Shown: in pieces, positions 55,282 through 63,522 of the stretch
Numbering within the stretch: position 1 is the stretch's first letter
How the letters are laid out: each line of letters begins with the position of its first letter
Made by a program: the position numbers and the translations under genes
Assembly: GCA_964410585.1 (NCBI GenBank)
Contig: CAYPFW010000002.1
Coordinates: forward strand, 177,077 to 241,076
Source: an uncultured archaeon
Lineage (GTDB): Archaea > Aenigmatarchaeota > Aenigmatarchaeia > QMZP01 > JACQNV01
DNA: 64,000 nucleotides
Reading direction: 5' to 3'
The notes under the pieces: generated by a model
Database searches by the model: none
What the model was told of the DNA's origin: nothing
What the model saw: the letters and a program-made list of their open reading frames with translations, nothing else

Positions 55282-56265
55282 ATGAATAGGTTCATTGGTT
55301 CGCATCTTCCACATGGTTTCAGGAAAACATTTGAAAATCTTTTCTATTACTCTAACGTAGATTTAGATGTCAACAGGTTTTTGGGTTTTGTCCTGACTTT
55401 TGGTTTGGGCATTTCTGTTCTCGTCTCAATTATTTTCCAAATTTTGCTTTCCTTATCACTCCAGATATTTTTAGGGCTTTTGGTGAGCTTGTATATCTTG
55501 ATAATTGGCCTTGTCTACATGGTCCTCTGGTTTTCAGCTGAATCAAAATCAAAGTTTGTTGACACTGTTTTGCCAGATGCGCTCAATCTAATGGCTGTGA
55601 ATATAAAATCTGGAATGACAACAGACAGGGCTTTCTTGCTTTCAGCAAGGCCTGAGTTCGGCCCTTTGGAAAGGCAAATGAGAGAAGCAGGGAAAAAAAT
55701 AGTCAGCGGAACAGAGATAAGGAAGGCTCTTCTAGACATGACAAAAAGAATAAAATCAGAACTTTTTGAGCGCACAATAAAATTGATTGTTGAAGGTATG
55801 GAGTCAGGTGGTGAGCTTGCAAGACTTTTGGAAGAAACAGCTCAAGATATACAGAAAACCAAAATTATCCAAAGCGAGGTAAAAGCAAATATCCTTATGT
55901 ACGTGATTTTCATTTTTTTCGCAGCTGCAATAGGCGCGCCAGTTGTGTATGGGATATCAACAAACATTGTTGAGATATTAGCAAAACAATCTGCAAATTT
56001 TGATATATCATCCATTCAAGGAGCTAGCCCATTTAGTGGAATATCTCTTGGAGGCGTAGGAAAAGTTAATTTACCATCTGGATTTTTGGTTATTTATTCT
56101 GTCCTAGCTCTGGCTGTAACAAGCCTTTTTGCTGGGTTGATTATAGGTTTGATAAAAGATGGAAAGCAAAAAGCAGGTGTAAAATATATTCCAATGATTT
56201 TGGTGATTTCACTTGTTTTGTTTTTTGTCACAAAAATTATAACGGCGAGCATCTTCCCTGTCTAG
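55282..56265 (+). CDS. Second T2SS-F / TadC-like platform protein
   Basis: LPDAL.LMA.NIKSGMT..RA...SARPEFGPL; SGGELA.LL. Confidence 0.9.
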   Translation: MNRFIGSHLPHGFRKTFENLFYYSNVDLDVNRFLGFVLTFGLGISVLVSIIFQILLSLSLQIFLGLLVSLYILIIGLVYMVLWFSAESKSKFVDTVLPDALNLMAVNIKSGMTTDRAFLLSARPEFGPLERQMREAGKKIVSGTEIRKALLDMTKRIKSELFERTIKLIVEGMESGGELARLLEETAQDIQKTKIIQSEVKANILMYVIFIFFAAAIGAPVVYGISTNIVEILAKQSANFDISSIQGASPFSGISLGGVGKVNLPSGFLVIYSVLALAVTSLFAGLIIGLIKDGKQKAGVKYIPMILVISLVLFFVTKIITASIFPV

Positions 56266-56331
56266 CTAGCCTTTAAATAGAGAGTCATACCAAATATAGT
56301 ATTAACCTCTATACGAGGTAAACGAGGCAAA

Positions 56332-56784
56332 ATGAACAAAAAAGGTCAGGGGGCTTTAGAATACTTAATGACTTATGGCTGGGCTTTACTTGTCATAGTC
56401 ATAGTAGTCGCTGCTCTCTATGCAATGGGAATTTTGAATCCGTCTACTTACCAACAAAGCAGGTGTACAGGATTCCAGCACTTCACATTCAACGACCAAA
56501 AACTAACATCATCCCAATATGTGCTTGATATAAGGAACGGTGGAACAACACAGATTACAGTTTCCAACCTAAAGGTTGGTTCTGCATCTGCAGCAGCTCC
56601 GACTGTATCTGATTCTGACATCCAATCTGGAGACAGATTCACATTAACAACATCAACTGTACCTTCTGGTTTGACAGCGGGATCATCATACCCATCAAAC
56701 ATGCAAGTTGTTGTAACCTACAGCGCAACAGGTGGAATAGCAAACCAAACAGACACAGCAACTTGTACAGGAACTGTACAGTAG
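56332..56784 (+). CDS. Probable major pilin (class III signal peptide)
   Basis: MNKKGQGALEYLMTYGWALLVIVIV. Confidence 0.92.
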   Translation: MNKKGQGALEYLMTYGWALLVIVIVVAALYAMGILNPSTYQQSRCTGFQHFTFNDQKLTSSQYVLDIRNGGTTQITVSNLKVGSASAAAPTVSDSDIQSGDRFTLTTSTVPSGLTAGSSYPSNMQVVVTYSATGGIANQTDTATCTGTVQ

Positions 56785-56867
56785 ATTTTTGATTTTTTAC
56801 TTTTCTTATTTTATTTTTCTAGGAACTAGCTTGAGCTTTTTTAGAGGATGTTAGAAGAAATAGAAAT

Positions 56868-57587
56868 CTATTTGCTTGCTGTTTTTCCGGGATAGACAAC
56901 TATACCGCCTGGGCTGAGAATGTCAAATAAATGAATTTTATGGGAGTGTTTTGTTGATCTCATCTTTCTTATTGCAAGAGACCTCTCGAAGTGGCCATCT
57001 TTCTTTGTAAAGTACATTAAAATCAGACCGTCAACAACAAACTCTTCGACATGGAAAGCTGAAAGGTCGCCTTCTGTTTCTGTTTCATCTATTGCGATTG
57101 TTGTGCAACCAAGCCTTTTTAGGACAGAGGACAATTCTAAAACAGATTTCCTCACCTTGTAGACATTTTCAAAATACATACCGATGATGGAGAGCGAGTC
57201 TAGAACAAGCCTTTTTGCCCCAATCATTGTGACTGCGTCTTCTATTTTTGTCAGGAGAGCCTCATAGTTGTACAAAGTTGGTTGGATGATTAGGAGCTTC
57301 CTTTCTTTGATTAGCTGATCGACAGGCCAGCCAAATGTTTTCATTTGCCTTATGTTTTCTTCTGGTGATTCCTCCAAAGAAATATATACACCAGGCTCGC
57401 CTTTAAGCGCGCCATTAACCAAGAAATTTATTCCAAAAATACTTTTTCCTGTTCCACAAGTTCCTGAAAGAAGGATAAGAGACTTGTCAGGGAACCCACC
57501 TTCAACCAGATCATCAAAGCCCTTTATGTTTGTTTTTACTCTGTTTACAATTGTGCTGTCGACCTTTTTTATTTTCATTTTTGGCAT
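56868..57587 (-). CDS. KaiC/RAD55-like ATPase
   Basis: GFDDLVEGGFP, GTCGTGKS, YISLEE, RLVLDSL, KMRSTKH. Confidence 0.92.
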   Translation of the reverse strand: MPKMKIKKVDSTIVNRVKTNIKGFDDLVEGGFPDKSLILLSGTCGTGKSIFGINFLVNGALKGEPGVYISLEESPEENIRQMKTFGWPVDQLIKERKLLIIQPTLYNYEALLTKIEDAVTMIGAKRLVLDSLSIIGMYFENVYKVRKSVLELSSVLKRLGCTTIAIDETETEGDLSAFHVEEFVVDGLILMYFTKKDGHFERSLAIRKMRSTKHSHKIHLFDILSPGGIVVYPGKTASK

Positions 57588-57732
57588 ATGATATATTGGC
57601 TGAGGTTTAATAAAAACTTGACTTTGAGGATGGAAGGTTGTTATAAACAAAAAACAATCCTAAAGAACATTGAATTATTAGTTTTCTCTAGGAAACTAAA
57701 AGCTTATATATGAGTTTCCATTGCTCCATATG

Positions 57733-57783
57733 GTTACAGGGAAGTGTAACATTTATATACTACCTGTTACATAATAATGTAAC
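57733..57783. promoter_or_regulatory. Two GTTACA-N6-TGTAAC palindromes flanking a TATA box
   Basis: 57733-57750 and 57766-57783 flank TTTATATA (57752-57759); ATG at 57786. Confidence 0.7.
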
Positions 57784-57785
57784 AT

Positions 57786-59066
57786 ATGGAAACAGAAAAA
57801 CTCAACGAATGGAACCCATGGTGGGAGAATAAGGAGTTTATTGAGGCTCTGAAAGGAAAACCAAGACCATGCGATGATCTTGTAGATTCTGTTGGTATAA
57901 AGGAAATAACAATATTAACTGGTGTAAGAAGGTCTGGAAAAAGCACTTTAATGTACCAGATGATTGACAAGTTGCTAAGAGAGGGGATAGACCCGAAACA
58001 AATACTGTTTGTGAATCTGGAAGATAAAAAGCTGGCAAAAGACAGTCTTGATGATATTCATAACAGTTATCTTAAAAATATAAACCTTGACAAGAAGGCA
58101 TATATTTTTCTTGATGAAATCCACAAAAAAGCGGACTGGGAATTGTGGATAAGGAAAAAATATGATTTAAAGACACGAGACAAGTTTGTGATTTCCGGAT
58201 CATGCTCCTATTTGCTGAAGAAAGAATATTCCACTCTGCTTACAGGAAGAAACCTTACTTTTGAAGTTTTTCCTCTGAGTTTTCAGGAGTTTTTAATGTT
58301 TAAGGGCATAACCTTAGAAGAAACTAACCTGAAAAGGGGAATACTTCTTGAAAAAACGAAACTCGCTGTTCTGAAAGCTTTTGATGAATACCTTAATCTT
58401 GGCGGTTTTCCAGAAGTGTTGTTTAAGCCAGAAAAATATAAAATAAAGATTCTGGAACAATATTTCGATGATATTCTTTACAAGGACATAATTGACAGGT
58501 ATAATCTGAACAGCCAGAAAACAAAGGATCTGGCACTCTTCCTGATGACAAATTTCACAAGAACGATTTCATTGAGAAGCGTTAGAAATTCCCTTGAACT
58601 ATCATATGACACAATTAAGGAGTATCTATCCTATTTTAAAGAAGCCTTTCTCTTTTTTACAGTAGACCATTTCTCATATTCCTTCAAAGAGCAAAAAACA
58701 CTTCCATCAAAAATATACTGTATAGATAATGGACTAAGGAACTCTGTCAGCTTCAAATTTTCCAAAGATGAGGGCAAGCTGGCTGAAAACCTTGTGATGA
58801 TTGAGCTGGCGAGAAGGGGAGAAAGCCCATATTACTGGACAAAAAAAGGTGAGGTTGATTTCGTAGTAAAAAGCAAAGACCAATCACTCTCAGCATTCAA
58901 CGTCTCTTATACAGATGAAATAGACGAAAGAGAGACATCATCCCTATTAGAATTTAAAAAAGAGTTCGGGCCAAGGGTGAAAGAGCTTATTCTCCTCACA
59001 ATGGATACTGAAAAAAAAGAGGGGGGAATAAAATTCATCCCCCTCTGGAAATGGCTTCTCAAATAG
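57786..59066 (+). CDS. AAA+ ATPase with DUF4143/PD-(D/E)xK-like C terminus (COG1373 type)
   Basis: WNPWW, GVRRSGKST, FLDEI, SGS, LTGR, GGFPE, KIY..DNG, EVDFV. Confidence 0.9.
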   Translation: METEKLNEWNPWWENKEFIEALKGKPRPCDDLVDSVGIKEITILTGVRRSGKSTLMYQMIDKLLREGIDPKQILFVNLEDKKLAKDSLDDIHNSYLKNINLDKKAYIFLDEIHKKADWELWIRKKYDLKTRDKFVISGSCSYLLKKEYSTLLTGRNLTFEVFPLSFQEFLMFKGITLEETNLKRGILLEKTKLAVLKAFDEYLNLGGFPEVLFKPEKYKIKILEQYFDDILYKDIIDRYNLNSQKTKDLALFLMTNFTRTISLRSVRNSLELSYDTIKEYLSYFKEAFLFFTVDHFSYSFKEQKTLPSKIYCIDNGLRNSVSFKFSKDEGKLAENLVMIELARRGESPYYWTKKGEVDFVVKSKDQSLSAFNVSYTDEIDERETSSLLEFKKEFGPRVKELILLTMDTEKKEGGIKFIPLWKWLLK

Positions 59067-59111
59067 ATTGTTTTTATTTTATTAACAGCCCACACTAAAA
59101 ATATATAATAG

Positions 59112-59927
59112 GTGATGAAATGGTGCGCAAAAGTAGAGGGGGCTGATTTTAAATTCAGATCGCCTGAGGGGAGGCTAATAAATCTAAAAGAATCAGGTCC
59201 TGGAATATATTCAATTGAATATAAGCTTGGATTTGATTCGCCTGTGGACAGGTTTAATTTGTATGTGATTGGTGCTAAAAAAATAGGTGAACAAACAAAT
59301 CTGGGTACAGCAAAGCTCCCTATAACAATTGAGAGGGTTCTCATATCGCTTGATATTCTCTCGCCGACTATAGAGGAACTAATCTCAGGAAAAGAAGCTG
59401 AAATCAAAGTTAGGGCAAAATACCCAGGTGATTCTATAGCAGAGAATTTAGACATCTACTTTTTTTCTCCGTCTGGAGAAAAAATAAATCTTGTAAAAGA
59501 ATTGGATAATTACGTGGCCACATATAAAATAAAAGAGGGAGAGGAAGGAGTCTGGGCGCTGGAAGTTTTTGCTTCTGACTCATCAGGAAATTCTGGATCA
59601 AAACTTACCAGATTAAAAATAGAAAAGATCACTCTTTTCTACAAAATAAAGGAAAATATAGTGATTATTATAGAATCAATTATTGCAATAGTGGTTTTTT
59701 CCAGTGTAGTTGTTTACATAAGGCATAAAAAAAATTACAAATCAAATTTGCAAAAAGAAATTAAAAATTTAATAGAATTGAAAAAAGAAGCTCAGGTAAA
59801 ATATTTCAAGGAAGGCTCAATAAATAAAGAAACTTACCAAGAACTAATGGAAAAGTATGAGCTGAAGGAAGCCGATGCTAGAAAAAAATTAGAAGTTGTG
59901 AAAAAGAAAGCTGGGGAAACAAAATAG
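59112..59927 (+). CDS. Membrane protein with Ig-like domain and C-terminal coiled coil; may be 5'-truncated
   Basis: Ig-like A.D..GNSG segment, one TM helix, KYFKEG.I....Y tail; no signal peptide. Confidence 0.6.
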   Translation: MMKWCAKVEGADFKFRSPEGRLINLKESGPGIYSIEYKLGFDSPVDRFNLYVIGAKKIGEQTNLGTAKLPITIERVLISLDILSPTIEELISGKEAEIKVRAKYPGDSIAENLDIYFFSPSGEKINLVKELDNYVATYKIKEGEEGVWALEVFASDSSGNSGSKLTRLKIEKITLFYKIKENIVIIIESIIAIVVFSSVVVYIRHKKNYKSNLQKEIKNLIELKKEAQVKYFKEGSINKETYQELMEKYELKEADARKKLEVVKKKAGETK

Positions 59928-59956
59928 AGATTTATTTCCAGGATCTTATTTATTTG

Positions 59957-60511
59957 ATGATTAAAAAATTAAAATTTCTAGAGAAACAATCTGCTGAAAG
60001 AGGCATACCTATTTTAGGAAGCGAAAAAGGCTCGTGGCTGTACAAAAAGGTTTTGGAAACAAAACCTAAAAATATCCTAGAGCTTGGGACAGCAAATGGA
60101 TATTCTGGTTGCATACTTGGTTCTGAAGGTGCTAAACTGATTACAATTGATATTGATCAAAAAATATTGGCGGAGGCAAAAAATAATTTTGGGAAATTCG
60201 GTATAGATGCAGAAATTGTTGTTGGGGATGGTGTGGAGATTGTAAAAAATCTTGTAAATAAAAGAGGAGGGTTAGAGGAACCTAAGGTTCCCTACTTCGA
60301 CTTGATTTTTATCGACTTCGCCAAGAAAAAATATATCCAAGTATTGGAGAACTGTATAAAACTCGTCAGAAAAGGCGGCCTTATAATTGCAGACAACACA
60401 AGCTGGGCAAGCGAAGAGTTTAGGAAGGCTGTTTTGACTCACCCAAAACTGAAAACAGAAATTATTTCTATTGCAGATGAGATGACTTGCAGCGAGAAAA
60501 TTTCAGACTAA
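59957..60511 (+). CDS. O-methyltransferase family 3 (YrrM/TrmR-like)
   Basis: ILELGTANGYS, FDLIFID..K..Y, GGLIIADN. Confidence 0.88.
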   Translation: MIKKLKFLEKQSAERGIPILGSEKGSWLYKKVLETKPKNILELGTANGYSGCILGSEGAKLITIDIDQKILAEAKNNFGKFGIDAEIVVGDGVEIVKNLVNKRGGLEEPKVPYFDLIFIDFAKKKYIQVLENCIKLVRKGGLIIADNTSWASEEFRKAVLTHPKLKTEIISIADEMTCSEKISD

Positions 60512-60541
60512 AGTCTTTTTCAATTGTTGCACAAATTTTTT

Positions 60542-60913
60542 TTAACTGGTCCAAATTTGGATTATGAAAAAAAGCTCCTTTTCAGTTATTTCACCATATT
60601 CATGCGCGAGAACATTACTGTATTTTACGATGTCCCACACTTTTTGTCGAGTTGAAGAGCTAATTACATTTCCTTTTTCAAGTGTCCAGAAAGTGTCTTT
60701 GTATGTGCTTGGTATTCCTAGTTTTTTTATGTTGATTATTTCTTCAGAAAGATTGATTATGCCATTGAATATTTGAAAAGTTAACATTGATGTTGCAAAA
60801 AAAGTTTTGCTATCTTTAAGATCAGTCTCACTTTTTATTTTGTAGCTTTCCAATTCTGAAATATATCTTTCCAAATCTGTGAGTATGCTAGGTACTCTCA
60901 CTAAATCTTTCAT
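60542..60913 (-). pseudogene. DUF86/HepT-type HEPN toxin, apparently degenerate
   Basis: SNVLAHEY instead of RN.L.H.Y; the expected final helix (NLDQLKKFVQQL) continues in another frame. Confidence 0.6.
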
Positions 60914-61283
60914 GGAGCGCCCTCCTGCGAAACCTTTCTAATCTTGGCTGAAAATCCAAATACAGCCTTACAACTTGCCATTTTATAGAATCTAAATTTT
61001 CTTCTGAATTCACAAAAAGTGGTTTACCTTCTTTGAAAACACTAAATTGGATATACAAAGGAAGGTCAGAAAGAATATGTGTTTCGATCTTTTTGTTGGC
61101 TAAGGAAAGGATTTCATTTTTAGTTTTCTTTGAAATTTTTTGGTCCGTTATTGCGCAGAGATCGATGTCGGAATAAGGTTTTTGTGTTCCTTTTGCATAG
61201 CTCCCAAAAAGATAGACTGCGTTAACACCTTTGATCTCTGCTATTTCTTTTGCGACTTTTTGAAAATCCTCTTGCGGCTTCAT
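60888..61283 (-). CDS. MNT nucleotidyltransferase antitoxin (MntA-like)
   Basis: YLFGSYAKG....SDIDL; overlaps the HEPN gene. Confidence 0.88.
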   Translation of the reverse strand: MKPQEDFQKVAKEIAEIKGVNAVYLFGSYAKGTQKPYSDIDLCAITDQKISKKTKNEILSLANKKIETHILSDLPLYIQFSVFKEGKPLFVNSEENLDSIKWQVVRLYLDFQPRLERFRRRALHERFSEST

Positions 61284-61333
61284 ATATACATATGGTTTTA
61301 CAAGTTATATTAATATACTAGCCAATTATCAAT

Positions 61334-62428
61334 ATGTCTCTTCAAATAAAAGACGGCTTGGTGATGTTGTACTACTGTTTTGATATTGCAAACGAAATCC
61401 ATTTAGACAAAGTTGAAAAGGTTTTCGGAAAAAAACCAGAGCCTTCAGAGCTTGTAATTGAAAGGCTCACGCCAAAATACATAAAGCACAGGGTTGCACC
61501 GCTCTTGGTTAGGATGCCAAAACTTGTTGTTGGAAAAGATCAATTTCTCGTTGATGCAAAGCTCTATGATTTTGGGGTTGTGACAATAAGGCTTCAAAAA
61601 AAGCTTGATGGAGATCTGTCTAATTTGAAAAAAGTTTCTGCTAATTTTGCAAATAACAAAGACCTTGAAAATGAGGCAAAGAAAATTCTGGAAAAAATAA
61701 AAAAAGAAATTGGCCCATCGATGGAAAAACACTATATAGAGGTTGATGAGTTTTTCGAAGATTACATAGTTTTCAAAGCAAACTCTTTTGATAAAAAAAT
61801 AAAGTCAGACGAGCTTTTGAAAAACTATTCAGCTGAAATTGGTCATGCCCTGAGATGTGATTCTGGAAATTTGAGTGAAAGGGAGCTTCAAGACGCTGTG
61901 AAAAATCCGCTGTCTTACTACGACGATGATTTAGTTATTGTTGATTGGAATGCTTCTTTTGTATACGATAGAGAGCACAGTTATGATGTCATCGATGTTT
62001 TGGAATATGCCTTGATAGAGTCTCTGGAATTAAGGACATATGACACTGTTTTGGATATTGTTTTGGAAAGAGCATATGAAGATGTGCCAGCAAAAAAAGC
62101 ACTTGGCCTGTCACCATTTTCATCTAAAATAGATTACCTATCCACAATTAAGTTAGAAGTTTCTGAAATAATGGAAAGGGTTTCAAATTCAATAAAGTTG
62201 ATAGGAGACGATTATCTTGCTAAGGTTTATTCTGCAGCCTCATCTAGATTTTACATGGACAGTTGGAGAAACAGTGTAGAGAAAAAATTAGATACTTTAG
62301 AAGACATGTATTCGACACTTTCTGGAAGGCTTTGGGACAAAAGGCTTTTGATAGTTGAAATATTAATGACTGTATTGTTTTTTGTTTGGTTCTTCACTGA
62401 GATTTTTTTGGTGTTTTTGGGAAAATAA
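61334..62428 (+). CDS. RMD1/DUF155-like protein
   Basis: FDIA.EI.L, YDFGVV, D.VIVDWN, LE.R.YD, C-terminal TM helix. Confidence 0.6.
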   Translation: MSLQIKDGLVMLYYCFDIANEIHLDKVEKVFGKKPEPSELVIERLTPKYIKHRVAPLLVRMPKLVVGKDQFLVDAKLYDFGVVTIRLQKKLDGDLSNLKKVSANFANNKDLENEAKKILEKIKKEIGPSMEKHYIEVDEFFEDYIVFKANSFDKKIKSDELLKNYSAEIGHALRCDSGNLSERELQDAVKNPLSYYDDDLVIVDWNASFVYDREHSYDVIDVLEYALIESLELRTYDTVLDIVLERAYEDVPAKKALGLSPFSSKIDYLSTIKLEVSEIMERVSNSIKLIGDDYLAKVYSAASSRFYMDSWRNSVEKKLDTLEDMYSTLSGRLWDKRLLIVEILMTVLFFVWFFTEIFLVFLGK

Positions 62429-62465
62429 TGTAAAACAACTAAACAATCTGCTCTTGTTTTACAGC

Positions 62466-62509
62466 ACCTGAATCAACCTGAAAGTGTATGTTATCAAGTT
62501 GATTCAGGT
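62466..62509. other. Intergenic inverted repeat with 12-bp perfect arms
   Basis: ACCTGAATCAAC (62466-62477) and GTTGATTCAGGT (62498-62509). Confidence 0.6.
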
Positions 62510-62541
62510 TAAATATTTAAAATTTTCCTTCCTATTTCTGT

Positions 62542-62946
62542 ATGATCAGACCTTTGAGATTTCTGGATGAATATTTTCGAGGCTCAGAAACAAGAGTATG
62601 GTACATGAGTCAAGTAAGCAAAGCTAGGGAATTTGTTCTTGATCCAGAAAGGCTAAAAAAATATGTGAGCGAGACATCAAAAGAAATGTATTTCTTTTTA
62701 GGTTTTGGAAGAGCTTTGCCAGACATAGCATTGGGATATGGAACAGCTAGACTGGTTTCTGGAGATTCTGATGTATTGAGTTATATTGCCATTGGATTCG
62801 GTGAAATTTTAAGACTGACAGCAACAACTTTGCAAAAATTCGAGAGGATGCACGTCAGAGAATACAATTTAGATAGAACAATTGAAGAAGAAACAGCAGA
62901 CCAAGAACCGCTTATAACAAACGAGGATGATTTTGAATCTGTGTAG
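62542..62946 (+). CDS. Hypothetical protein
   Basis: 134-aa ORF with central hydrophobic segments. Confidence 0.6.
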   Translation: MIRPLRFLDEYFRGSETRVWYMSQVSKAREFVLDPERLKKYVSETSKEMYFFLGFGRALPDIALGYGTARLVSGDSDVLSYIAIGFGEILRLTATTLQKFERMHVREYNLDRTIEEETADQEPLITNEDDFESV

Positions 62947-62957
62947 GACTTAGAATA

Positions 62958-63110
62958 TCAATCAGAATTTTCCTTGACCCATTTCTCGATCATTTTTTGG
63001 ATGACTTCAGAAATTTTTAATTCTTTCAAAACACACTGAGCCTTGAATTTTAAAAATAATTCTTTTTCAACCTCGATTGTTGTTGTGATTGTTTCTGCCT
63101 CGTCCCCCAT
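62958..63110 (-). CDS. 50-aa ribbon-helix-helix (ParG/CopG-like) protein, not in the ORF track
   Basis: MGDEAETITTTIEVEKELFLKFKAQCVLKELKISEVIQKMIEKWVKENSD*; beta strand plus two-helix RHH pattern. Confidence 0.75.
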   Translation of the reverse strand: MGDEAETITTTIEVEKELFLKFKAQCVLKELKISEVIQKMIEKWVKENSD

Positions 63111-63199
63111 AAGCTTTTATCCTAAAAGCTTAAGCAAAACAGGAGGCTAAAAAATTCTTCGCTGCTGCTCGAATTTTTTCAAACGCCTTCCACGCTTAA
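63108..63199 (-). repeat. Family B structured repeat abutting the RHH start codon
   Basis: + strand CATAAGCTTTTATCCTAAAAGCTTAAGCAAAACAGGAGGCTAAAAAATTC...GAATTTTTTCAAACGCCTTCCACGCTTAA. Confidence 0.9.
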
Positions 63200-63522
63200 A
63201 CTTTTTCTATAACTGTAAATTTTTGATCTTTGGATACGGTATTTAAAAGATTTACAAATATGTATTTAAAAAGGTTTCTATTTTCTAATCTACTTATTTA
63301 TATTTGTGGGTTTTTAAATGTTTTTCTTTTTTTGCCGCCCAAATAGGTAAGTATTTAAATATGTTCATATAAATATATAACACCAACTGCGAGCGTTTTT
63401 CAGAAACGTTTATTAAGTTTTGAAATATAGATTTAATAACAATGTTATATAAATGCTTAGTTGGAAGATTAATTTCAGTAAAAGGCAGGGTTTTCCTGTC
63501 TATAAATTGGGGGGTATAAAAT

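Noticed and set aside
47949-56784. Archaellum operon
   Set aside because: No archaellin or FlaF/G/H-like genes; two TadC-like genes and KGQ-type pilins indicate a pilus.
1480-61732. Numerous 60-180 aa ORFs overlapping larger genes
   Set aside because: Antisense or off-frame shadows of well-supported CDSs with no recognisable motifs.
6843-63242. Family A/B repeats as a CRISPR array
   Set aside because: Copies are dispersed, variable in sequence and not separated by regular spacers; no cas genes in the window.
6843-63242. Repeats as integron attC sites
   Set aside because: No consistent RYYYAAC...GTTRRRY boundaries; they flank core genes and sit in tRNA introns; no integrase is present.
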